DNA of 63,840 nt, filler included, from 12 parts of 12 records of this genome joined end to end with filler, not necessarily neighbours in it, one strand, 5' to 3'; numbered from the whole stretch's first letter, positions 21,730 through 34,360 are shown. The notes: a model not told the origin generated them from the letters alone. Numbers and translations: made by a program.

Positions 21730-23337
21730 ATGTATACGCGAAATTTATTATGGCTGGTCAGCCTGGTAAGTGCGGCTCCTCTCTACGCTGCTGACGTTCC
21801 CGCCAACACACCGCTCGCCCCGCAACAAGTCTTTCGTTACAACAATCATAGCGACCCAGGTACGCTCGACCCGCAAAAGGTGGAGGAGAATACTGCCGCG
21901 CAGATTGTGCTGGATCTGTTTGAAGGTCTGGTATGGATGGACGGTGAAGGCCAGGTGCAGCCCGCTCAGGCTGAACGCTGGGAGATACTGGACGGCGGCA
22001 AGCGCTATATTTTCCATCTGCGTAGCGGTTTGCAGTGGTCCGACGGTCAGCCTCTGACGGCAGAGGATTTTGTCCTCGGCTGGCAGCGCGCGGTTGACCC
22101 GAAAACGGCAAGCCCTTTTGCTGGCTATCTGGCACAGGCGCACATTAACAATGCCGCAGCTATTGTTGCGGGTAAAGCAGATGTTACATCGCTGGGTGTC
22201 AAAGCGACGGATGATCGTACTCTTGAAGTTACGCTTGAGCAGCCGGTTCCTTGGTTCACGACGATGCTCGCCTGGCCGACGCTGTTCCCGGTTCCTCATC
22301 ATGTCATCGCTAAACATGGCGATAGCTGGAGTAAGCCAGAGAACATGGTTTACAACGGTGCCTTTGTGCTTGATCAGTGGGTAGTTAACGAAAAGATTAC
22401 TGCACGCAAAAATCCAAAGTACCGCGATGCGCAACATACAGTATTGCAACAGGTTGAGTATCTGGCGCTAGATAATTCGGTCACCGGCTATAACCGCTAT
22501 CGCGCGGGAGAGGTCGATCTCACCTGGGTTCCGGCGCAGCAAATTCCCGCCATTGAAAAATCACTGCCTGGCGAGCTACGAATTATTCCGCGTCTGAACA
22601 GCGAATATTACAACTTCAACCTTGAGAAACCGCCATTTAACGATGTGCGAGTGCGTCGGGCGCTATATCTTACGGTTGATCGACAGCTTATTGCGCAAAA
22701 GGTACTGGGGTTGAGAACGCCCGCAACCACGCTGACGCCGCCAGAGGTAAAAGGCTTTAGCGCGACGACGTTCGATGAACTGCAAAAGCCAATGAGTGAG
22801 CGCGTCGCGATGGCAAAAGCCTTGCTGAAACAGGCGGGATACGACGCCTCTCATCCGCTACGCTTTGAGCTGTTCTACAACAAGTACGATCTGCATGAAA
22901 AGACCGCGATAGCGTTGTCTTCCGAATGGAAAAAATGGCTGGGTGCACAGGTGACGCTGCGCACAATGGAGTGGAAAACCTATCTTGATGCCCGACGAGC
23001 CGGTGATTTCATGCTGTCTCGGCAGTCGTGGGATGCGACGTACAATGATGCTTCCAGCTTCCTGAACACGCTCAAAAGCGATAGTGAAGAAAACGTCGGT
23101 CACTGGAAAAATGCGCAGTATGACGCCTTACTAAACCAGGCCACGCAGATCACTGATGCGACAAAGCGTAATGCGTTGTATCAGCAGGCAGAAGTGATCA
23201 TCAACCAACAGGCACCGCTGATTCCTATCTACTATCAGCCGTTAATCAAACTGCTTAAACCCTACGTTGGCGGTTTTCCGCTGCATAATCCCCAGGATTA
23301 TGTCTACAGCAAAGAGTTGTATATCAAGGCACATTGA
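21730..23337 (+). CDS. ygiS: OppA-like periplasmic binding protein YgiS
   Basis: MYTRNLLW start, TLDPQK, family-5 solute-binding protein. Confidence 0.92.
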   Translation: MYTRNLLWLVSLVSAAPLYAADVPANTPLAPQQVFRYNNHSDPGTLDPQKVEENTAAQIVLDLFEGLVWMDGEGQVQPAQAERWEILDGGKRYIFHLRSGLQWSDGQPLTAEDFVLGWQRAVDPKTASPFAGYLAQAHINNAAAIVAGKADVTSLGVKATDDRTLEVTLEQPVPWFTTMLAWPTLFPVPHHVIAKHGDSWSKPENMVYNGAFVLDQWVVNEKITARKNPKYRDAQHTVLQQVEYLALDNSVTGYNRYRAGEVDLTWVPAQQIPAIEKSLPGELRIIPRLNSEYYNFNLEKPPFNDVRVRRALYLTVDRQLIAQKVLGLRTPATTLTPPEVKGFSATTFDELQKPMSERVAMAKALLKQAGYDASHPLRFELFYNKYDLHEKTAIALSSEWKKWLGAQVTLRTMEWKTYLDARRAGDFMLSRQSWDATYNDASSFLNTLKSDSEENVGHWKNAQYDALLNQATQITDATKRNALYQQAEVIINQQAPLIPIYYQPLIKLLKPYVGGFPLHNPQDYVYSKELYIKAH

Positions 23338-23474
23338 TGCCTTTATCGCCGTCGGAGCACGTCCGGCGGCGCTATTCACGTTGATCTCCTGTGACTCGAC
23401 GCGGCAGATAATGTAGTATCTCCGGCAATATTGCCCCTTTGAAGGCTGGCGAATAAGTTGAGGAATCAGAATTA

Positions 23475-25733
23475 ATGAGCGATATGGCAGAGCGCCTTGC
23501 GCTACATGAATTTACGGAAAACGCCTACTTAAACTACTCCATGTACGTGATCATGGACCGTGCGTTGCCGTTTATTGGTGATGGTCTGAAACCTGTTCAG
23601 CGCCGCATTGTGTATGCGATGTCTGAACTGGGCCTGAATGCCAGCGCCAAATTTAAAAAATCGGCCCGTACCGTCGGTGACGTACTGGGTAAATACCATC
23701 CGCACGGCGATAGCGCCTGTTATGAAGCGATGGTCCTGATGGCGCAACCGTTCTCTTACCGTTATCCGCTGGTTGATGGTCAGGGGAACTGGGGCGCGCC
23801 GGACGATCCGAAATCGTTCGCGGCAATGCGTTACACCGAATCCCGGTTGTCGAAATATTCCGAGCTGCTATTGAGCGAGCTGGGGCAGGGGACGGCTGAC
23901 TGGGTGCCAAACTTCGACGGCACTTTGCAGGAGCCGAAAATGCTACCTGCCCGTCTGCCAAACATTTTGCTTAACGGCACCACCGGTATTGCCGTCGGCA
24001 TGGCGACCGATATTCCACCGCATAACCTGCGTGAAGTGGCTCAGGCGGCAATCGCATTAATCGACCAGCCGAAAACCACGCTCGATCAGCTGCTGGATAT
24101 CGTGCAGGGGCCGGATTATCCGACTGAAGCGGAAATTATCACTTCGCGCGCCGAGATCCGTAAAATCTACGAGAACGGACGTGGTTCAGTGCGTATGCGC
24201 GCGGTGTGGAAGAAAGAAGATGGCGCGGTGGTTATCAGCGCATTGCCGCATCAGGTTTCAGGTGCGCGCGTACTGGAGCAAATTGCTGCGCAAATGCGCA
24301 ACAAAAAGCTGCCGATGGTTGACGATCTGCGCGATGAATCTGACCACGAGAACCCGACCCGCCTGGTGATTGTGCCGCGTTCCAACCGCGTGGATATGGA
24401 TCAGGTGATGAACCACCTCTTCGCTACCACCGATCTGGAAAAGAGCTATCGTATTAACCTTAATATGATCGGTCTGGATGGTCGTCCGGCGGTGAAAAAC
24501 CTGCTGGAAATCCTCTCCGAATGGCTGGTGTTCCGCCGCGATACCGTGCGCCGCCGACTGAACTATCGTCTGGAGAAAGTCCTCAAGCGCCTGCATATCC
24601 TCGAAGGTTTGCTGGTGGCGTTTCTCAATATCGACGAAGTGATTGAGATCATTCGTAATGAAGATGAACCGAAACCGGCGCTGATGTCGCGGTTTGGCCT
24701 TACGGAAACCCAGGCGGAAGCGATCCTCGAACTGAAACTGCGTCATCTTGCCAAACTGGAAGAGATGAAGATTCGCGGTGAGCAGAGTGAACTGGAAAAA
24801 GAGCGCGACCAGTTGCAGGGCATTTTGGCTTCCGAGCGTAAAATGAATAACCTGCTGAAGAAAGAACTGCAGGCAGACGCGCAAGCCTACGGTGACGATC
24901 GTCGTTCGCCGTTGCAGGAACGCGAAGAAGCGAAAGCGATGAGCGAGCACGACATGCTGCCGTCTGAACCTGTCACCATTGTGCTGTCGCAGATGGGCTG
25001 GGTACGCAGCGCTAAAGGCCATGATATCGACGCGCCGGGCCTGAATTATAAAGCGGGTGATAGCTTCAAAGCGGCGGTGAAAGGTAAGAGCAACCAACCG
25101 GTAGTGTTTGTTGATTCCACCGGTCGTAGCTATGCCATTGACCCGATTACGCTGCCGTCGGCGCGTGGTCAGGGCGAGCCGCTCACCGGCAAATTAACGT
25201 TGCCGCCTGGGGCGACCGTTGACCATATGCTGATGGAAAGCGACGATCAGAAACTGCTGATGGCTTCCGATGCGGGTTACGGTTTCGTCTGCACCTTTAA
25301 CGATCTGGTGGCGCGTAACCGTGCAGGTAAGGCTTTGATCACCTTACCGGAAAATGCCCATGTTATGCCGCCGGTGGTGATTGAAGATGCTTCCGATATG
25401 CTGCTGGCAATCACTCAGGCAGGCCGTATGTTGATGTTCCCGGTAAGTGATCTGCCGCAGCTGTCGAAGGGCAAAGGCAACAAGATTATCAACATTCCAT
25501 CGGCAGAAGCCGCGCGTGGAGAAGATGGTCTGGCGCAATTGTACGTTCTGCCGCCGCAAAGCACGCTGACCATTCATGTTGGGAAACGCAAAATTAAACT
25601 GCGCCCGGAAGAGTTACAGAAAGTCACTGGCGAACGTGGACGCCGCGGTACGTTGATGCGCGGTTTGCAGCGTATCGATCGTGTTGAGATCGACTCTCCT
25701 CGCCGTGCCAGCAGCGGTGATAGCGAAGAGTAA
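23475..25733 (+). CDS. parC: DNA topoisomerase IV subunit A
   Basis: [10 protein letters not shown] (S80 and E84 wild type), AAMRYTE. Confidence 0.99.
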
Positions 25734-25966
25734 TATGCCGGGGAGGGCGCTGTTTCCTCCCGCTTGCAAGGAACGCCGGATGAAACGTTAAGTCGTCATC
25801 CGGCAGCGTATTCAACCCCCGGAAACGATAAAAATTCCCTTGAAACCGTTGTTTATTCATGCGTTGCGATTAACAATACGCTTTTCCAGAGAGCGGCTTT
25901 TAACAATGCCCTAACCTGATTTCAGGTGACGTACAATGCCAGTCTCTCAGACCTTCAGAGGGTGTT

Positions 25967-26704
25967 ATGCTATATATCTTTCGTCTTATTATTACCGTGA
26001 TTTACAGCATCTTAGTCTGTGTATTCGGCTCCATTTACTGCCTTTTCAGCCCGCGTAACCCGAAACATGTGGCCACCTTTGGGCATATGTTTGGCCGTCT
26101 TGCGCCGCTGTTTGGCCTGAAAGTTGAGTGCCGTAAACCTACAGACGCTGAAAGCTACGGCAATGCTATCTATATCGCTAACCACCAGAACAACTATGAC
26201 ATGGTGACAGCATCGAACATCGTGCAACCGCCGACGGTGACGGTAGGTAAAAAGAGCTTGCTGTGGATCCCCTTCTTCGGGCAGTTGTACTGGTTAACCG
26301 GCAACTTATTGATCGACAGAAACAATCGCACTAAAGCTCACGGCACCATTGCGGAAGTAGTGAATCACTTCAAAAAACGCCGTATTTCCATCTGGATGTT
26401 CCCGGAAGGAACCCGCAGCCGTGGTCGCGGCCTGCTACCGTTCAAGACTGGAGCATTTCACGCGGCAATTGCGGCGGGCGTCCCGATTATTCCCGTGTGC
26501 GTCTCTACAACTTCGAATAAGATTAATCTTAATCGACTGCACAACGGTCTGGTGATTGTCGAAATGCTGCCGCCAATTGACGTCAGTCAGTATGGCAAAG
26601 ATCAGGTTCGTGAGCTGGCTGCCCATTGTCGTTCGATAATGGAACAAAAAATCGCCGAGCTCGATAAAGAAGTCGCAGAACGCGAAGCCGCCGGAAAAGT
26701 TTAA
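25967..26704 (+). CDS. plsC: 1-acyl-sn-glycerol-3-phosphate acyltransferase
   Basis: NHQNNYD and FPEGTRS motifs. Confidence 0.98.
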   Translation: MLYIFRLIITVIYSILVCVFGSIYCLFSPRNPKHVATFGHMFGRLAPLFGLKVECRKPTDAESYGNAIYIANHQNNYDMVTASNIVQPPTVTVGKKSLLWIPFFGQLYWLTGNLLIDRNNRTKAHGTIAEVVNHFKKRRISIWMFPEGTRSRGRGLLPFKTGAFHAAIAAGVPIIPVCVSTTSNKINLNRLHNGLVIVEMLPPIDVSQYGKDQVRELAAHCRSIMEQKIAELDKEVAEREAAGKV

Positions 26705-26778
26705 GTCGGCAATCTGTATTTTTGCGGGGAACACTTTCCTGCACGGTATTACTTTAGCCAGTTTTACATGGAGCAAAT

Positions 26779-28191
26779 ATGTCACTCAGTCGGCGTCAGT
26801 TCATTCAGGCATCGGGGATTGCACTTTGTGCAGGCGCTGTTCCCCTGAAGGCCAGCGCAGCCGGGCAACAGCAACCGCTACCCGTTCCGCCGCTACTTGA
26901 ATCTCGCCGTGGGCAACCGCTGTTTATGACTGTACAACGTGCGCACTGGTCATTTACGCCAGGGACACGCGCGTCGGTCTGGGGAATCAATGGTCGTTAC
27001 CTGGGGCCGACTATCCGCGTCTGGAAGGGCGACGATGTTAAGCTTATTTACAGCAACCGCCTGACAGAAAATGTCTCAATGACGGTGGCCGGGCTACAGG
27101 TACCAGGCCCGCTGATGGGCGGTCCGGCACGGATGATGTCGCCAAACGCTGACTGGGCACCCGTACTGCCCATTCGCCAGAACGCAGCTACTCTGTGGTA
27201 TCACGCCAATACTCCCAACCGCACGGCTCAGTAGGTCTATAACGGCCTTGCCGGAATGTGGCTGGTGGAAGATGAAGTCAGCAAGTCGCTGCCTATCCCC
27301 AACCATTATGGTGTGGATGATTTTCCGGTCATTATCCAGGATAAACGGCTGGATAACTTTGGTACGCCAGAATACAACGAACCGGGAAGCGGCGGCTTTG
27401 TTGGTGATACGCTGCTGGTTAACGGTGTACAAAGCCCGTACGTTGAAGTCTCGCGTGGCTGGGTGCGCTTGCGACTGCTGAACGCGTCGAACTCTCGTCG
27501 CTATCAACTACAGATGAACGATGGTCGCCCGTTACATGTGATTTCTGGCGATCAGGGATTCCTGCCTGCTCCTGTATCGGTGAAGCAACTTTCGCTGGCA
27601 CCGGGCGAGCGCCGCGAGATTCTGGTGGATATGAGCAACGGCGATGAAGTGTCGATCACCTGTGGCGAAGCGGCGAGCATTGTTGATCGTATTCGTGGCT
27701 TCTTTGAGCCATCCAGTATTCTGGTTTCTACCCTGGTGCTAACGCTGCGCCCAACCGGCCTTCTGCCGCTGGTCACAGACAGTCTTCCGATGCGCTTGCT
27801 GCCAACTGAAATCATGGCTGGTTCGCCAATTCGCAGTCGCGATATCAGTCTGGGTGATGACCCGGGTATTAATGGACAGCTGTGGGACGTCAACCGTATT
27901 GATGTCACCGCGCAGCAAGGAACGTGGGAACGCTGGACGGTACGCGCGGACGAGCCGCAAGCGTTCCATATTGAAGGCGTAATGTTCCAGATCCGTAACG
28001 TGAATGGCGCGATGCCGTTCCCGGAAGACAGAGGCTGGAAAGATACCGTTTGGGTTGACGGACAAGTGGAGCTGCTTGTTTATTTCGGTCAGCCTTCCTG
28101 GGCGCACTTCCCGTTCTACTTCAACAGTCAGACGCTGGAAATGGCGGACCGTGGCTCGATTGGGCAACTGTTGGTCAATCCGGTACCGTAA
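26779..28191 (+). pseudogene. ftsP: FtsP/SufI interrupted by an in-frame TAG at codon 152
   Basis: Tat signal SRRQFIQ; TAG at 27232-27234; the same frame continues to 28191 (470 codons plus stop). Confidence 0.93.
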
Positions 28192-28301
28192 TCTTCATAC
28201 TCGCCCGAGGAGGGCGAGTATGGAATACCTTTCGATTTCTCTTTCGTTCCGGCTTATAATCCCCGGCCTTTGATTATTTTTTTATCATTTCTGGAAGCAA
28301 A

Positions 28302-30438
28302 ATGAGCTCTATCTCCCTGATCCAACCGGATCGCGACCTGTTCTCCTGGCCGCAGTACTGGGCCGCCTGTTTTGGACCGGCACCGTTTTTGCCGATGTCT
28401 CGTGAAGAGATGGATCAACTTGGCTGGGATAGCTGCGACATCATTTTGGTTACTGGCGACGCGTATGTCGATCACCCAAGCTTCGGGATGGCGATTTGCG
28501 GTCGTATGCTGGAAGCGCAGGGCTTTCGCGTCGGGATCATCGCCCAGCCGGACTGGAGCAGCAAAGACGACTTTATGCGTCTGGGTAAACCGAATCTGTT
28601 TTTCGGTGTTACTGCTGGCAACATGGATTCGATGATCAACCGTTATACCGCCGATCGCCGTTTACGTCATGACGATGCCTACACGCCGGATAACGTCGCG
28701 GGTAAGCGCCCGGATCGCGCCACACTGGTTTATACCCAGCGTTGTAAAGAGGCGTGGAAAGATGTACCGGTGATCCTCGGCGGTATTGAGGCTAGTCTGC
28801 GCCGTACCGCGCATTATGATTACTGGTCCGATACCGTGCGCCGTTCCGTGCTGGTGGATTCGAAAGCCGACATGCTGATGTTTGGTAACGGTGAGCGTCC
28901 GCTGGTGGAAGTGGCGCATCGTCTGGCGATGGGCGAGCCAATTAGTGAAATCCGCGATGTGCGTAATACCGCGATTATCGTGAAAGAGGCGCTGCCTGGC
29001 TGGAGCGGCGTGGATTCCACCCGTCTTGATACCCCTGGAAAAATCGACCCAATCCCGCATCCGTATGGTGAAGATTTGCCGTGCGCGGATAACAAACCGG
29101 TGGCACCGAAAAAGCAGGAAGCCAAAGCCGTAACCGTGCAGCCACCGCGCCCGAAACCGTGGGAAAAAACCTACGTGTTGCTGCCTTCTTTCGAGAAAGT
29201 GAAGGGCGATAAAGTGCTGTACGCCCATGCTTCGCGTATTCTGCACCACGAAACCAACCCAGGCTGTGCCCGCGCATTGATGCAAAAACACGGCGACCGC
29301 TATGTGTGGATCAACCCGCCTGCTATTCCGCTTTCTACCGAAGAGATGGACAGCGTTTTTGCGCTGCCATACAAGCGCGTGCCACATCCGGCCTATGGCA
29401 ATGCCCGTATTCCGGCTTACGAAATGATCCGTTTTTCGGTCAACATTATGCGTGGCTGCTTTGGCGGCTGCTCTTTCTGTTCTATCACCGAGCACGAAGG
29501 GCGCATTATTCAGAGCCGTTCCGAAGATTCGATCATTAATGAGATCGAAGCGATCCGCGACACCGTTCCAGGTTTTACGGGCGTGATTTCCGATCTTGGT
29601 GGGCCAACTGCCAACATGTATATGTTGCGCTGCAAATCGCCACGCGCTGAACAAACTTGTCGCCGTTTGTCGTGCGTTTATCCGGATATTTGTCCGCACA
29701 TGGACACGAACCACGAACCAACGATCAACCTCTATCGCCGTGCGCGTGATCTGAAAGGCATTAAAAAGATCCTGATTGCCTCTGGTGTGCGTTATGACAT
29801 AGCCGTAGAAGATCCGCGCTATATCAAAGAACTGGCGACCCATCACGTCGGCGGTTATCTGAAGATTGCCCCGGAACATACCGAAGAAGGGCCGTTATCG
29901 AAGATGATGAAGCCGGGCATGGGCAGCTATGACCGCTTTAAAGAGCTGTTCGATACTTACTCAAAACAGGCAGGTAAAGAGCAGTATCTGATCCCCTATT
30001 TCATCTCCGCGCACCCCGGTACGCGTGATGAAGATATGGTGAATCTGGCGCTGTGGCTGAAAAAGCACCGCTTCCGCCTCGACCAGGTGCAGAACTTCTA
30101 TCCGTCGCCGCTGGCGAACTCAACCACCATGTATTACACCGGGAAAAACCCGCTGGCGAAGATTGGTTATAAGAGCGAAGACGTCTTCGTACCGAAGGGC
30201 GACAAACAGCGTCGTTTGCATAAAGCGTTGTTGCGTTACCACGATCCGGCAAACTGGCCGTTAATCCGCCAGGCGCTGGAAGCGATGGGCAAAAAGCATC
30301 TGATTGGCAGCCGTCGCGATTGCTTAGTGCCTGCGCCAACCATTGAAGAGATGCGTGAAGCTCGTCGCCAGAACCGCAATACCCGTCCGGCGTTGACGAA
30401 ACATACGCCGATGGCGACCCAGCGTCAGACGCCTGCTA
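28302..30438 (+). CDS. ygiQ: Radical SAM protein YgiQ (3' end cut)
   Basis: CFGGCSFC motif. Confidence 0.95.
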
Positions 30439-30538
30439 NNNNNNNNNNNNNNNNNNNNNNNNNNNNNNNNNNNNNNNNNNNNTTAATTAATTAANNNNNN
30501 NNNNNNNNNNNNNNNNNNNNNNNNNNNNNNNNNNNNNN

Positions 30539-30660
30539 CCGGATGCGGCGTGAACGCCTTATCCAGCCGACATGTGGCAGCGGTTGTAGGTCTGATAAGA
30601 CGCGCAAGCGTCGCATCAGACGTTGATTGCCGGATGCGGGGTCAACGCCGCATCCTGCTA
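30539..30660. repeat. BIME with three REP units
   Basis: ccggatgcggcgtgaacgccttatcc; ctgataagacgcgcaagcgtcgcatcag; gccggatgcggggtcaacgccgcatcc. Confidence 0.9.
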
Positions 30661-30682
30661 CAAATCGTGCACTATATCAAAC

Positions 30683-31690
30683 TTACTTAATCACCCCATT
30701 GCGCCGCAGTTGTTCGGTATCTTTTTTCCAGCGTTCATTAGCTTGGTTGATATCGTCAATTTTCATCAAAATCGCGACTTTTTTACTGTTTATTTCTGAA
30801 ACTTTCATCGTTAACGGATATTGCCCTTTTTCGAGCGTTACCCAGTCATCCTGCAATTTACGGCTAAGTTTTTGTGATTGCAGAAAAGTCTGTCGCCGTT
30901 GTTCGTTGATATCGAAATCTCGTTTCTGCTGAATCGGCACTTCATAACACTCTTCACTCTGTTTATGACATGCCGCAATCGCCGGTTGATAAACCTCTTT
31001 GTCATATTTAACCGCGAACGCCTCGCTATCGTTCTGTTTATTAAACTCATCACGCTGTTGGTGAATTTTTTTAAAGGCGTCTTCGCGGGTCATTTGCTTA
31101 CCGTTTGCATCTTTTCCCCAATATGCATCCGCTGCTTTCTGCGCCGCCACCATTTGCTTATCAAGCGCTTTCACTTCCTTTTCCAGCGCAGGAATCGAGT
31201 TCTTCTGGGTATTCAACGCAGATTCAAGCTGACTAAAGCGATAATTGAAATCTTCGCTATTCACGATCAGATATTTATTATTCGTTTTGATATCGTCGAC
31301 CACCCGCCCACGATCGCTGGCTGCCGCCTGAAAAGAGTAAAAGTTCACCGACCAGCCAGACGCGGGCGTTCCTTTACTGGTTAACATCGCCGAGAATTTT
31401 ACCGGTTTATCTTTCGTCCAGGTCTGTTCGAGCAGTTCGTAATCTGCCAACTGACCGACCCAGGTATAGAGATCGTCACTGGAAGAGACATCGCCTTCCG
31501 CTGACCAGGTGGCCTGATTACCCTTAGCATCAAGATTTTTTAAGGTGATAGCATCAAGCTTGAGAATGCCGTGATACTGCTTTTTGAATTGATCTTTTAA
31601 GATATTTTCAGTTGGCGGTTCGCCATCTGCCCAGGCATTACCAGTCATCAACATAAGCAGTGCCGTGCCAACAATCCATTGCTTTTTCAC
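30683..31690 (-). CDS. yggM: DUF1202 family protein YggM
   Basis: 335 aa with signal peptide, downstream of ansB. Confidence 0.9.
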   Translation of the reverse strand: MKKQWIVGTALLMLMTGNAWADGEPPTENILKDQFKKQYHGILKLDAITLKNLDAKGNQATWSAEGDVSSSDDLYTWVGQLADYELLEQTWTKDKPVKFSAMLTSKGTPASGWSVNFYSFQAAASDRGRVVDDIKTNNKYLIVNSEDFNYRFSQLESALNTQKNSIPALEKEVKALDKQMVAAQKAADAYWGKDANGKQMTREDAFKKIHQQRDEFNKQNDSEAFAVKYDKEVYQPAIAACHKQSEECYEVPIQQKRDFDINEQRRQTFLQSQKLSRKLQDDWVTLEKGQYPLTMKVSEINSKKVAILMKIDDINQANERWKKDTEQLRRNGVIK

Positions 31691-31806
31691 CCGAAAAACC
31701 TCACGCGGAATAATTTATTCCGGTGATTATCATTAGGGTAATTAAAATTGGCAATGGACGTGAGTCTGAAGTGAAAAAGCCCCGGCACGATACCGGGGCG
31801 AGGCGA

Positions 31807-32853
31807 TTAGTACTGATTGAAGATCTGCTGGATCTGCTGCGGATCTTTGGTTTGCGTCAGAGCCAGTTGCAGCAGAACGCGCGCTTTTTGCGGGTTCAGC
31901 GTGCCAGAGGCGACGAAGCCGTATTTCGCATCATCCACTTCGGCATCCTGAGTGGTAGCGCCCGTCGGTACGCGGGAAGAACGCACGACTGCAGTACCGG
32001 TTTTCGCGGCGGTCGCCAGCGTGTCGAACACAGATTTATACAGGTTGCCGTTACCCACACCAGCGCTAACGATGCCATCATAGCCCGCATCTACCAGTGC
32101 TTTAGCCGGAAGATCGGATGCGTTAGCGTAGTTATAAACAATGCCGACTTTCGGCAGTTCATTCAGCTTAGAGACATCGAATGGCGTGTCGCTGGTATGC
32201 TTACGTGCCGGGGTACGCTGGTAGTCAATCTTACCGTTGTGAATGTAACCCAGAGGACCGTAGTTAACAGACTTGAAGGTCGCTACGTCGGTGGTGTTGG
32301 TTTTGGTGACGTCACGGCCATCAAGCACGGTGTCATTCATCACTACCAGCACGCCACGGTTGGCGGAGGCTTTATCAGCTGCGGTCACTACCGCGTTATA
32401 CAGGTTGAATGGACCGTCTGCGCTCATAGACGTGGACGGACGCATTGCGCCGACCATCACCACCGGTTTGTCGCATTTCACCGTCAGGTCGAGGAAGTAA
32501 GCAGTTTCTTCCATCGTGTCGGTACCGTGGGTAATGACGAAGCCGTCGGTCTTATCGCAGTCGGTGTTAATTTTTTTCGCCAGTGTCAGCCAGACATTAT
32601 CGTTCATGTCCTGGGAGCCGATATTCACTACCTGCTCGCCTTTAACGTTCGCAATGTCTTTTAGTTGCGGCACCGCATTAACCAGATTTTCTACGCCAAC
32701 TTTACCCACTGTGTAGTTAGATTTGGTTGCGGAGTCACCACCACCGGCAATGGTCCCGCCGGTTGCTAAAATGGTGATATTGGGTAATGCCAATGCTGCA
32801 CCACTAAAACCCATAACCAGTGCGGCAAGTGCCGTCTTTTTGAAAAACTCCAT
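31807..32853 (-). CDS. ansB: L-asparaginase II
   Basis: ATGGTIAG and HGTDTM motifs. Confidence 0.99.
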   Translation of the reverse strand: MEFFKKTALAALVMGFSGAALALPNITILATGGTIAGGGDSATKSNYTVGKVGVENLVNAVPQLKDIANVKGEQVVNIGSQDMNDNVWLTLAKKINTDCDKTDGFVITHGTDTMEETAYFLDLTVKCDKPVVMVGAMRPSTSMSADGPFNLYNAVVTAADKASANRGVLVVMNDTVLDGRDVTKTNTTDVATFKSVNYGPLGYIHNGKIDYQRTPARKHTSDTPFDVSKLNELPKVGIVYNYANASDLPAKALVDAGYDGIVSAGVGNGNLYKSVFDTLATAAKTGTAVVRSSRVPTGATTQDAEVDDAKYGFVASGTLNPQKARVLLQLALTQTKDPQQIQQIFNQY

Positions 32854-32910
32854 TTCATTCCTCCAGTTACGTGAACGCTACGCATTATCCCTTAGCTCTG
32901 TATGGGAAAT

Positions 32911-32924
32911 TTGACGTTAAACAA
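32911..32924. promoter_or_regulatory. FNR-like site upstream of ansB
   Basis: TTGAC-gtta-AACAA versus consensus TTGAT-N4-ATCAA; ansB is known to be FNR-activated. Confidence 0.65.
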
Positions 32925-33028
32925 TTTACAACGTGAATATATTTTGGAGATCTACAAAGTTAGAGGCAGGTAACAAAACGAAGAATTAAACGGCATAAAA
33001 AAGTATTATGCCGTCTTAAAATAGAGGA

Positions 33029-33384
33029 TTATTTTAAATTCCCGACCAGGGCTTTGCGGCTATCTTCCAGAGTCACAACGCGGCTACAAACATCTTTGCC
33101 AAACTGCTGGAAATCTTTTTCCTGCTTTTTCCACTCGGTTTGGATTGAGGATTGCAGCCCCCCCAGGCTTCCCAGCACATTCTGTAATGGGTTACCGCCG
33201 CTTTTCAGCACCGCTTTCGCGCCCATTTCATTAATGCTGTCCTGTAAAATTCCACCCATTGCCTGATTCACTAATTGCTGGCCTTCGGCGCGAACCTGAT
33301 CAATGGCTTTATAGTGAAACGTCAGGCCATCGCTGCGCGTTTCAATAATGCGGTTCATCTGCTCTTTCAGCTGCGCATCAAGTT
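33029..33384 (-). CDS. yggN: YggN (DUF2884), 3' part
   Basis: Frame is open to the contig edge; synteny with ansB. Confidence 0.85.
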
Positions 33385-33555
33385 NNNNNNNNNNNNNNNN
33401 NNNNNNNNNNNNNNNNNNNNNNNNNNNNTTAATTAATTAANNNNNNNNNNNNNNNNNNNNNNNNNNNNNNNNNNNNNNNNNNNNTTTTTTATACCCGTAG
33501 TATCCCCACTTATCTACAATAGCTGTACTCTTTTTGTTCATCCCCTGGAGTATTT

Positions 33556-33924
33556 ATGTGGTTACTTGACCAGTGGGCAGAGCGCCATATAGCAGAAGCG
33601 CAAGCGAAAGGTGAGTTTGATAACCTGGCAGGTAGCGGCGAACCATTGATACTGGATGATGATTCTCACGTGCCACCGGAATTACGTGCGGGGTATCGCT
33701 TGCTGAAGAATGCCGGTTGCTTACCGCCAGAACTTGAGCAACGGAGAGAAGCAATTCAGCTTCTGGATATTCTCAAAGGTATCCGTCACGATGATCCGCA
33801 ATATCAAGAGGTTAGCCGTCGATTGTCATTACTGGAATTGAAGCTGCGACAAGCTGGATTGAGTACCGATTTTTTACGCGGCGATTATGCTGACAAGTTG
33901 TTGGACAAAATCAACGATAACTAG
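33556..33924 (+). CDS. yhdN: DUF1992 protein YhdN
   Basis: GEFDNLAGSGEPL motif. Confidence 0.92.
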   Translation: MWLLDQWAERHIAEAQAKGEFDNLAGSGEPLILDDDSHVPPELRAGYRLLKNAGCLPPELEQRREAIQLLDILKGIRHDDPQYQEVSRRLSLLELKLRQAGLSTDFLRGDYADKLLDKINDN

Positions 33925-33934
33925 TGGAGTATGT

Positions 33935-34360
33935 ATGTATCGCATTGGTGAGCTGGCAAAAATGGCGGAAGTAACACCCGACACGATTCGTTATTACGAA
34001 AAACAGCAGATGATGGAGCATGAAGTGCGTACTGAAGGTGGGTTTCGCCTATATACCGAAAGCGATCTCCAGCGATTGAAATTTATCCGCCATGCCAGAC
34101 AACTAGGTTTCAGTCTGGAGTCGATCCGCGAGTTGCTGTCGATCCGCATCGATCCTGAACACCATACCTGTCAGGAGTCAAAAGGCATTGTGCAGGAAAG
34201 ATTGCAGGAAGTCGAAGCACGGATAGCCGAGTTGCAGAGTATGCAGCGTTCCTTGCAACGCCTTAACGATGCCTGTTGTGGGACTGCTCATAGCAGTGTT
34301 TATTGTTCGATTCTTGAAGCTCTTGAACAAGGGGCGAGTGGCGTTAAGAGTGGTTGTTGA
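33935..34360 (+). CDS. zntR: Zn-responsive MerR-family regulator
   Basis: MYRIGELAK, TIRYYE, C-terminal cysteines. Confidence 0.96.
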   Translation: MYRIGELAKMAEVTPDTIRYYEKQQMMEHEVRTEGGFRLYTESDLQRLKFIRHARQLGFSLESIRELLSIRIDPEHHTCQESKGIVQERLQEVEARIAELQSMQRSLQRLNDACCGTAHSSVYCSILEALEQGASGVKSGC

